Under the pieces are notes generated by a model. It was not told where the DNA came from and searched no databases. It was given only the letters and a program-made list of their open reading frames with translations. The position numbers and the translations under genes are program-made. From Methanobacteriota archaeon (GTDB lineage: Archaea; Thermoplasmatota; Poseidoniia; Poseidoniales; Poseidoniaceae), in contig JABIWF010000080.1 in NCBI GenBank assembly GCA_018701175.1, forward strand, positions 1 to 60,677: a stretch of DNA of 60,677 nucleotides, written 5' to 3'. Position 1 is the stretch's first letter. Each line of letters begins with the position of its first letter. This document shows, piece by piece, positions 1-7,053 of this stretch.

Positions 1-1251
1 CTCGCCGATCATCCTTTCGCAATGCCTGTAAAACCAATCCCTCGACTTGTTTATTTCATCGATGGAAGTCATGCTGATGGCTAAAGTGAATTTTTCACGT
101 ATCACGTTCTCGACAGTGAGCTTAACACTGGCTCTTGAGCGCCCTAACTGTTCTTGAGTCATGCCATCCGATGAGAGTGAATCATCACGGAAACCTACAA
201 CAAATACGGCTGGGATAGAGAGCGGAATGTTCTGTTTTTCCGGGATGTCTTGAAAATTGATCCTCACTTCTATGTTCTCTCTTTTCTTTGAATGTTGAGC
301 TTCTACACCAGTGTTCGTAATAACCGCTTGGCAATCTACGACTACAGCGGCCACATCCTTCAGTTCCCTATCCGCATTCACCAGAAACGCTCGAGCGCAT
401 GCCCCTGGAGTGTCCAAAGTTTCGGGAGAAATCCATGTTAGGGCGTCATCAATACCTTTCTGAATCAATTCCCTCATGAGCTCGAGGTACGCGCCATGGT
501 CCATGGTTTTGAGGTGACTGTAAGCGGGCGTGTCCCAGTCATGAACTGATTTTATCGTCTTCGAATCCCCCTGGACTTGGAATGTTGAATCGTAGTGAAC
601 GGGGGTCCCACTCTTTGCCAGTGTGCCATGGCCGGTCAGAACGAGGTTTATTCGGCCGGTCATGTGGCGTTCGGGGGTTGCCGCCACAATGCTTTGAGAT
701 ACCTTTTCGATGGTTGGAGATAAAGTATGAATTTGCATATTATACATGGACAACCCAACTTCATGGAGTTCTTTGCTGCAGTAGTTATTGATGGAAGCCA
801 TCAACAGACCGTCAGTGTACTGGTATTCAGGAATGTACTTCGGCGAACGTATTGTTTGTTGTATGCCAAACATAAGGGCGCGTCGGGCGTAATCCTCAAC
901 TTCACCTTGTTGAAGTTCGAGGAGTTTCACGAGTACATCTTGCGAAAGCACTTGTTCTTCTGGGGAATGAACACCAATAGTCACATGGAAATCGACATCT
1001 TCTCCAGTGTTTGTTTTCGCTCGGGAGCGAAATGTGAAACCGATTTGGTTGATTGATAGCACCGAATATGTGTGATAGAAGGGCAACAGAAATTTGCGGC
1101 CACTACGGTATACTGTTGGAACTTGTTCTTTATGGGTTGCAACAAGAAGCATTTGTTGCGGCTGAACAGTTACCAAGAACGACATGGCCAGTAACCCTGT
1201 GCCAAACATGAGCAAGGTTCCGAAAAGAACGACAACAAGCCACAGTTCCAT
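1..1251 (-). CDS. SPFH/band-7 (flotillin-like) membrane protein, C-terminus cut by left window edge
   Basis: This frame is absent from the supplied track because it runs off the edge. ATG at 1251-1249, then 417 sense codons down to base 1. The product starts MELWLVVVLFGTLLMFGTGLLAMSF (TM anchor), then VYRSGRKFLLPFYHTYSVLSINQIGF... and later VGLSMYNMQIHTLSP. This resembles the anchor + 'RGG.F..P.....LSL' layout of prokaryotic flotillins. Family call by eye only. Confidence 0.45.
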   Translation of the reverse strand, partial: MELWLVVVLFGTLLMFGTGLLAMSFLVTVQPQQMLLVATHKEQVPTVYRSGRKFLLPFYHTYSVLSINQIGFTFRSRAKTNTGEDVDFHVTIGVHSPEEQVLSQDVLVKLLELQQGEVEDYARRALMFGIQQTIRSPKYIPEYQYTDGLLMASINNYCSKELHEVGLSMYNMQIHTLSPTIEKVSQSIVAATPERHMTGRINLVLTGHGTLAKSGTPVHYDSTFQVQGDSKTIKSVHDWDTPAYSHLKTMDHGAYLELMRELIQKGIDDALTWISPETLDTPGACARAFLVNADRELKDVAAVVVDCQAVITNTGVEAQHSKKRENIEVRINFQDIPEKQNIPLSIPAVFVVGFRDDSLSSDGMTQEQLGRSRASVKLTVENVIREKFTLAISMTSIDEINKSRDWFYRHCERMIGE

Positions 1252-1312
1252 GCACTTCACACACGCGTTTCTTTTTCACATTACCCGTATGGTTCTACAC
1301 ATTTTTGCATTC

Positions 1313-1319
1313 TTTATAT
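1313..1319 (+). promoter_or_regulatory. Candidate archaeal TATA box for the tandem beta-grasp gene
   Basis: TTTATAT lies about 40 nt upstream of ATG 1356. A purine-rich GGCGAGGAGAGA stretch sits between it and the start codon. The region is a divergent intergenic spacer. Confidence 0.25.
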
Positions 1320-1355
1320 CCAGTTGAGATATTACATTGGCGAGGAGAGATACCC

Positions 1356-1781
1356 ATGAGTGAAAAAACATACACCGTAGAGATTGCAGATGCCACTGGA
1401 CACAGCGTTGTCGAGATGACCAAGACCGAACTGATTAGCCAAGCTTCCAATGCCAAAGGAAGCTGGGTCTTTGTCGACAACAAGATGGTTGCCGCCGATG
1501 AATTGGCGAACACGAACTTTGATGACGCCCAGCACATCAGAATGGTCCCTGCCCTACAAGCCGGAAAAGACGAGAAAACATACACCGTAGAGATTGCAGA
1601 TGCCACTGGGCACAGCGTTGTCGAGATGACCAAATCAGACCTCATCAAGCAAGCAACCAGTTCCAAAGGCAGTTGGGTGTTCGTTGACAACAAGATGGTC
1701 GCTGCAAACGAACTTGCAGATGCGGATTTTGATTCTGCCCAACACATCAGAATGGTCCCGGCATTACAAGCTGGCCAGTGA
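1356..1781 (+). CDS. Tandem two-module beta-grasp (ThiS/MoaD/SAMP-like) small protein
   Basis: Track ORF 1305-1781. The likely start is ATG 1356 (MSEKTY...), preceded by GGAGAGA. Two 70-aa modules each read EKTYTVEIADATGHSVVEMTK...KGSWVFVDNKMVAA.ELA..FD.AQHIRMVPALQAG. The antisense ORF 1295-1864 is a shadow of this gene. Confidence 0.6.
   Translation: MSEKTYTVEIADATGHSVVEMTKTELISQASNAKGSWVFVDNKMVAADELANTNFDDAQHIRMVPALQAGKDEKTYTVEIADATGHSVVEMTKSDLIKQATSSKGSWVFVDNKMVAANELADADFDSAQHIRMVPALQAGQ
1359..1778 (+). repeat. Intragenic tandem duplication, 2 x 210 nt
   Basis: tacaccgtagagattgcagatgccactgg occurs at 1371 and again at 1581, a period of exactly 210 nt. The first ~63 nt of each copy differ at 2 positions; the remainder is clearly more diverged. 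Confidence 0.9.
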
Positions 1782-1865
1782 GCCTTTTTGACTGTGAAAC
1801 TGAATATTCTGGGAGGGACACCTTCAAGAAAGGGTGGCCAGTCGCGTTGAATGGAGACGAACAAT

Positions 1866-2015
1866 ATGGTTGAACTTGTTGATTATAAATGCGCAGTCTG
1901 CGGAAACCTCGAATCCTTCCACCGCGAACGTAACGGAATTAGCTGCAAGTCTTGCGGCTCACGCATCTTCATGAAGTTGCGCCGAACCGGTACAAAGCGT
2001 CTCAAGGCAGAGTGA
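1866..2015 (+). CDS. rpoP: DNA-directed RNA polymerase subunit P (Rpb12/RPABC4 homologue)
   Basis: 49-aa ORF below the track cutoff: MVELVDYKCAVCGNLESFHRERNGISCKSCGSRIFMKLRRTGTKRLKAE. It has a CxxC-x15-CxxC zinc ribbon followed by the basic 'RI..K.R' tail typical of archaeal RpoP. Confidence 0.8.
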   Translation: MVELVDYKCAVCGNLESFHRERNGISCKSCGSRIFMKLRRTGTKRLKAE

Positions 2016-2071
2016 GGCAACAGTCCTTTCTCGCGCAGGGTTGAAAGACCGCTGACGGTAAGAGTGAATCC

Positions 2072-3217
2072 ATGTCATCTTGGCTTACTGACAAAGCACC
2101 TCTTCTTTTCGAAGATTTGTTGCTGCCAGAAGTGACTCTTACAACCATCACTCGTACTTCACTTCAGGCTAATCCCCCTCACTTGCTTCTTTCAGGGCCA
2201 GCAGGCGTAGGTAAAACTGCAACTTGGCGATTGATGGCTCGTCAGATTCTCGGCCCGACTTGGGAAGCACGTACTCACATTCTTCAGGCGCGTGATTTGG
2301 CTCGCACTTCAGGTGCAATGGGAAAATTCGAAGAATTCCTTAGGCCCGAAGGGAGCGGTTCAGACGACACCCTTGCTGGAAGGACCAGTCTTGATGCATT
2401 TGATCACACGTTTTCTTCGACTGCAGCAAACACACCTCCTCCAGCTGGCCTCGAATGTGAACACTCGAGCCAACAACGAGCAGCAGTATCCCGTCTCATT
2501 ATCATTGAAGATGCCGACTATCTCGGTACTATTCGGCAATCGTACTTGCGCCGGATGATGGAAGTGAGCAGCGGTAGTGCACGTTTTATCTTCACCGCTC
2601 ATACTCCTTCGCGAATTATTGAAGCCCTGCGTAGCCGAACACAGCACATCCGACTTGCCAAAATCAATCGCCCTCTTATTGAATCACGTTTAATGCAAAT
2701 TGTCCAGGAAGAGAACCTCACTCCAGTGCGCGGAATTATCGGTGACATCTCTCACGTCTCTTCAGGGAATATTCGTAAAGCCATTTTCATCATGGAACTC
2801 CTCACGCACCGAGAACTTCTTGATGACAGGAAAAATCTCCAGAACTTGCTTGCAGCAACGTCACTTCGTGAAGTTCAACACATCTTGGAAGAAGCCTTGC
2901 GTAACCGTGTTCATGATTGGCGATGGGAAAAAGAAGGTAACAAAAACAAACGCGTCCTTAAGGGCGCTATGGGCGTGATGGACCAAGTAATGTCAGAAAA
3001 CAATCTCGAGCCTGAAGATATCGTCGAACAATTTCATTTGTTGTTGACCGAAGGACGCCTCCATCTTGACGAGAATATTCTTTCAGAGATTCTTGTTGCT
3101 CTTTCTGCATGTGATGTGGCATTGCATCGAAGTATGCAAGGGCGGATTGAATTGGAGCGCTTCTTGTTCCAAGTCGCTGACATCGGACAACGCATGAATG
3201 CTGCGAAAGCGTCTTGA
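2072..3217 (+). CDS. rfc: Replication factor C (clamp loader) AAA+ subunit, divergent
   Basis: Walker A LLLSGPAGVGKTAT, Walker B/DEAD-like IIIEDADYL, and sensor-1 region RFIFTAHTPSRIIEALRSRTQHIRL (SRC motif reads SRT). There is an insertion of about 60 aa between Walker A and B. Confidence 0.75.
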   Translation: MSSWLTDKAPLLFEDLLLPEVTLTTITRTSLQANPPHLLLSGPAGVGKTATWRLMARQILGPTWEARTHILQARDLARTSGAMGKFEEFLRPEGSGSDDTLAGRTSLDAFDHTFSSTAANTPPPAGLECEHSSQQRAAVSRLIIIEDADYLGTIRQSYLRRMMEVSSGSARFIFTAHTPSRIIEALRSRTQHIRLAKINRPLIESRLMQIVQEENLTPVRGIIGDISHVSSGNIRKAIFIMELLTHRELLDDRKNLQNLLAATSLREVQHILEEALRNRVHDWRWEKEGNKNKRVLKGAMGVMDQVMSENNLEPEDIVEQFHLLLTEGRLHLDENILSEILVALSACDVALHRSMQGRIELERFLFQVADIGQRMNAAKAS

Positions 3218-3239
3218 ATTCCATGCCACTGGAACGGTT

Positions 3240-3316
3240 GGGCGTGTAGCACAGCTGGATAATGCGTTGGCCTCCTAAGCCGAAGATCCCGGGTTCAAAT
3301 CCTGGCACGTCCGCCA
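3240..3316 (+). tRNA. tRNA-Arg (anticodon CCU), CCA encoded
   Basis: Manual cloverleaf. Acceptor GGGCGTG/CACGTCC (one G-U). D-arm GCA(C)..(A)TGC with GG in the loop. Anticodon stem TTGGC/GCCGA with loop CTCCTAA. T-arm CCGGG-TTCAAAT-CCTGG. Discriminator G followed by CCA. Confidence 0.9.
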
Positions 3317-3333
3317 AACTGAATCTTTGAACA

Positions 3334-4689
3334 TCAATAGGTGATATGAACCAGTTTAACCACCCGATCAGAACCACTCATGAGGGCGTAGAAATCATTG
3401 CCACCGTTTGTTGAAAAGGAGGTGACGTATTGCACACCATCGATGATACCGATTTGCACAACGCTCTCGGACGCCACATCATACGAAACAAACACTTCGA
3501 CGCCTGCCTGCGAATCGTATGCATATCCGTAGATGAGGCCATCGACGAGGTTTATCTCGAATCCACCCGCATTGGACAAGTCTTCATTTGTCGATTGCAA
3601 AACTGTGGATGTCGTCATTGAATAATCGAGCGTATTGATTTTGACCATCGAATATCCCCCTCCACTGTTTCGTACATCAAGATAGTAATGCGCGCCATCG
3701 TATGCAGAAGTCCCGGAACCTACTCCCTCGATATTTTCGATTTGTGTATGCTTGGTTACCGCAGCATCAGTTGGATTGATGGAAACAACATAGATGTCTG
3801 GGTACGTGATTGTGTTTTGTTGCCCTTGTCCTTGCCCTTGACTTCCGCTGTTTGTATCGTCAGAAGCATAGGCATAGATGACTTCATCCTCATGATTGTA
3901 CTCCATCCCTCCGACATTATCCAATTCCGGATGGGCAGAGAAGTCAAACTGCGTCATTGTGAATCCACTCGGGTCGGAAACCGTGACGTGGACCAGGTAG
4001 TCGTTGCTGTTTCCGCGCATGTTTGCAAAATATTCCCCATCGGAATAGGTAGTCATAGAGGTAACATACTCTATCCCTGCTAATTCCACTAACGAAGTCA
4101 CTAAACCATTGGAAGGGTCAATGGAGATGAAGTGTTCAACCTCTGTAACGCTGTCCCATGCATAGCCGTAGAGAAGATTTGTCGAACAATCGATTTCAAT
4201 ACCGCCGATGTTTGTGAAATCTGGGTTTGCACTGATGTCAAAGGCAATCATCGTCGAACTGTATGTGCCATCGCCCGTTCCACATTCTGTAGTTCCAGTG
4301 CCACTCCCATCTCCTGGGTCCGTGCCGCCGTTGTCACCAGGGTCTGAGCCGCCGTTGTCGCCAGAGCCTGAGCCGCCGTTGTCTTCAGGGTCGGTCGCAT
4401 TTCCTCCATTTCCAGAGTTGCCGCTATCGGTTTCTGAGCCATCATCTGTGTTATCGTTGCCGTTGCCGGTTCCGTTCACTGGTTCACCACTGCTGCCGTC
4501 ATCCGAATTACCATTGCCAGTTCCTGTACCGGCTCCTGAGCCGCCGTTTGAACCGTTGATGACTTCATCCGTATCGTCAATTGCCGGGTCATCTTCGGGA
4601 ACGGGTTCACCGATGATGGGCTCTTCAATACACCCTGCTAAAGATGCTGAAATCATGAGAAATACAAGTAGAACAGTGGGCCGAATCAT
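3334..4689 (-). CDS. Secreted/lipobox-anchored surface protein with G/N/D/S-rich linker and three ~100-aa repeat modules
   Basis: N-terminus MIRPTVLLVFLMISASLAGC (signal peptide + lipobox-like LAGC). Low-complexity region DNGGSGSGDNGGSDPGDNGGTDPGD. Three modules share F(D)xSAxP(E/D)xxNxGGxE...(I/L)YGYAxDS. The antisense Pro-rich ORF 4208-4702 is a shadow. Confidence 0.7.
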   Translation of the reverse strand: MIRPTVLLVFLMISASLAGCIEEPIIGEPVPEDDPAIDDTDEVINGSNGGSGAGTGTGNGNSDDGSSGEPVNGTGNGNDNTDDGSETDSGNSGNGGNATDPEDNGGSGSGDNGGSDPGDNGGTDPGDGSGTGTTECGTGDGTYSSTMIAFDISANPDFTNIGGIEIDCSTNLLYGYAWDSVTEVEHFISIDPSNGLVTSLVELAGIEYVTSMTTYSDGEYFANMRGNSNDYLVHVTVSDPSGFTMTQFDFSAHPELDNVGGMEYNHEDEVIYAYASDDTNSGSQGQGQGQQNTITYPDIYVVSINPTDAAVTKHTQIENIEGVGSGTSAYDGAHYYLDVRNSGGGYSMVKINTLDYSMTTSTVLQSTNEDLSNAGGFEINLVDGLIYGYAYDSQAGVEVFVSYDVASESVVQIGIIDGVQYVTSFSTNGGNDFYALMSGSDRVVKLVHITY

Positions 4690-4846
4690 AATCTACGGAT
4701 GAACTACTACACTATTAGTCTTACAAACATTAAACGCAAAGCGGCAGTATCTACTTTCCATTATCATCAGTTCGATCTCGTTATAGCTTGAGCAGAAATT
4801 CAAAAGACCCAAAAAAGTGATATATTCAACGTTTTATTCGAATATC

Positions 4847-5332
4847 ATGCAACAAATAAGCGAAGACGGCAAGTGGAAGTGGGATGGAGGCGAATGGGTG
4901 CCAAATGAAGAGACTGATGAAACGCCTTCATCTACAGTAGCGGATGTCCCCGTGGTTGCAGCGCCATCGGCCTCTCAGGAGCCTGTACAGGCAATGGCGC
5001 CAATGACGCAAAGTGCACCTTCTAGCGGCGGCGTTTGGGCAATACAAACTGCAGAATACGGATTGTTTTTCACTAAACTCATCGGTTTACTTTTGACAGG
5101 AATTACTCTTGGTTTTGGACTCCCTTGGGCAAAATGCATGGTCATCAATAAGTGGACGAAAAAGGTTCGAATTGACGGCCGAAGCATTCGTTTCACTGGA
5201 ACTCCAATGGGATTATTTGGAATTTGGGTTAAAGTCTGTGTATTGAGCATCATAACCCTAACACTGTATTACTGGTTTGCTGGTTACAAGCAAGTGGCGA
5301 AGTACATTGATAATCACATTACTTGGGCTTGA
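4847..5332 (+). CDS. DUF898/YjgN-like small membrane protein
   Basis: The track ORF starts at GTG 4817; the first ATG is 4847 (MQQISEDGKWKWDGGEWVP). The C-terminal part, GITLGFGLPWAKCMVINKWTKKVRIDGRSIRFTGTPMGLFGIWVK, resembles the DUF898 repeat. Confidence 0.55.
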   Translation: MQQISEDGKWKWDGGEWVPNEETDETPSSTVADVPVVAAPSASQEPVQAMAPMTQSAPSSGGVWAIQTAEYGLFFTKLIGLLLTGITLGFGLPWAKCMVINKWTKKVRIDGRSIRFTGTPMGLFGIWVKVCVLSIITLTLYYWFAGYKQVAKYIDNHITWA

Positions 5333-5444
5333 AGTCCAACGAATCTCGTTCTTGCGATTTTGTATGCCGGAAGTATTTACCAAAACCACAGCGATTGAGT
5401 GATGTTAGAGGCAAGAGACATATTCAACGGCCGCGCGTCACAGC

Positions 5445-6983
5445 ATGAGCGCTATGGCCGCAAAGGGGAGTAAGTCGACAGAATCGGATGCCTTTATTCC
5501 GCTTCCGGACCCTTACGGGGAGGGTTTTGAGTACTCTGAAGACCCGATTGAAAACACCCGCAACCAGTGGAGTGTTTTGGAAAAGCGCCGACTTAGTGCT
5601 GGGCGAATTGCACGTCACCCAGTCTTGATGCTTTGGCGAACCATGAGCGGTTTTTCTCTTGCCGTTTTTGCATTTTCAAGTCTGCTTTACGCTCCCATCA
5701 TTGATTCATTGAACGGTTTAATTTTCATTCTTATTCCACTCATTCTCGTAGCAGTCGCTCCGACCGTTGTTGCAGGCGAGTCCGCTTGGCAAGCGATGCA
5801 GGCAAGAATCTCTCTCCGTGAACAAGGCGGTGTTCGGGACGGCAAAAAGCACGCATTAAGAGCCCAGCCAGGTATGGACCGCATTCTCGAGAGTCTTAAC
5901 GATCAACGCCGTAACAATTTGGTCCTCGCACTTCTTTCCTCGCTCACCGTCGTTCTCTTGATGCTCGCTTCGGTAGTAACGGCGAACTCACTGGCATGGA
6001 ACCTTGCACTTCTTGTGGCGATGACGCTCGGAATCGCACAAACCTTTCATGGATTCTTTTCATACGCTTTCATCCGTCAACTTGGAGACCCATTTCCATC
6101 CATTGTTTTCCACGCCCCTACGCACCACCCTACCCAATTGGGTAGTGTGCTTGGAGATCTGTTGGTTGCTCACCTCGACCCGGATTTGTTCTTGGAATGG
6201 GAAGAATGGCAGAAATTATTCCGCAAGGCGTTGATTCCCGGACACATCACGAAACAAGCATTGGAGCGCTTGCTCTACATTTTGCACCTCCACATGGAAG
6301 AAGAACTCACTACGCAGATGGCGCGTGATGAATTGCAATCCTTCATTTCTCAGGAACGATTTGAAAAGTTATTGCTCGACGACGATGCAAGGTTCAATTG
6401 GCGAACGATTCAACGTCTTGTCGCTCACTCAAGAGGCTGGCAGCCAGAAGCTTTCCTTCTGCTCGATCGCCTACAAAACGACCTGCTTTCCGGTGCCCCG
6501 CCGCTTTTGCGTGCTGAATGGCGCATGGATGTTGCACTGGACGATAATTGCTATGAAGGCGCAGGGAATTTATTCATCGCCCTCAACAATCAAACCTTTG
6601 AATCACGTGCGGTACGAGTCGAAGTATTGACTCCAAACGGAGAACCAGAAACCCGAGACCACCGTTTCGAATTGAGTGCATGTCCGCCTCCGAAAAGTTC
6701 AGTGTTGCTCTCGCATTCAACTGAAGAAGACGCCCTCGACTGGATTCCGAGGTACTTGGAGCGCGGCGTAGTTCTCTGGATTGGCGTTGCTTGGCCTCGT
6801 AGTTTTCACGGACCTGCTGATGTACAGGTTATTCTTCGTGATGATGCAGGGATCGTTTTGGAATCTCAAGTGATTCGTACGGTAGTTCGGCGTTCTGCGG
6901 GACGCCGGGTAAACAAGAGAATGCATAAATTGGAAGACGCTCGCAAACAAGGCGACCTTGCACTCCCAAAGATGGTTCTATGA
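5445..6983 (+). CDS. Hypothetical membrane protein (about 4 TM segments + large soluble C-terminal domain)
   Basis: 512-aa ORF with hydrophobic segments (FSLAVFAFSSLLYAPII, LIFILIPLILVAVAPTVVAG, LVLALLSSLTVVLLMLASVV, LALLVAMTLGIAQTF). No recognisable catalytic motif. Confidence 0.65.
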   Translation: MSAMAAKGSKSTESDAFIPLPDPYGEGFEYSEDPIENTRNQWSVLEKRRLSAGRIARHPVLMLWRTMSGFSLAVFAFSSLLYAPIIDSLNGLIFILIPLILVAVAPTVVAGESAWQAMQARISLREQGGVRDGKKHALRAQPGMDRILESLNDQRRNNLVLALLSSLTVVLLMLASVVTANSLAWNLALLVAMTLGIAQTFHGFFSYAFIRQLGDPFPSIVFHAPTHHPTQLGSVLGDLLVAHLDPDLFLEWEEWQKLFRKALIPGHITKQALERLLYILHLHMEEELTTQMARDELQSFISQERFEKLLLDDDARFNWRTIQRLVAHSRGWQPEAFLLLDRLQNDLLSGAPPLLRAEWRMDVALDDNCYEGAGNLFIALNNQTFESRAVRVEVLTPNGEPETRDHRFELSACPPPKSSVLLSHSTEEDALDWIPRYLERGVVLWIGVAWPRSFHGPADVQVILRDDAGIVLESQVIRTVVRRSAGRRVNKRMHKLEDARKQGDLALPKMVL

Positions 6984-7053
6984 ATCCTGAAATCAATATT
7001 CATACCAATGCCATCTCCTCTACAGCCTTGAAATTGCAAGTCGTAGAAGCGCG

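Noticed and set aside
1295-1864. 189-aa ORF on the minus strand covering the tandem beta-grasp gene
   Set aside because: It is an antisense shadow. It inherits the 210-nt repeat, has no start context or recognisable motif, and the plus-strand frame gives a clean duplicated domain with a good RBS.
2967-3377. 136-aa minus-strand ORF spanning the end of rfc and the intergenic region
   Set aside because: It runs straight through the well-folded tRNA-Arg (3240-3316) and the rfc 3' end, so it is a spurious frame.
4208-4702. 164-aa Pro/Ser-rich ORF on the plus strand
   Set aside because: It is the mirror image of the Gly/Asn/Asp-rich linker of the minus-strand surface protein (GGN/GAY codons read as Pro/Ser in antisense). 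It has no independent support.
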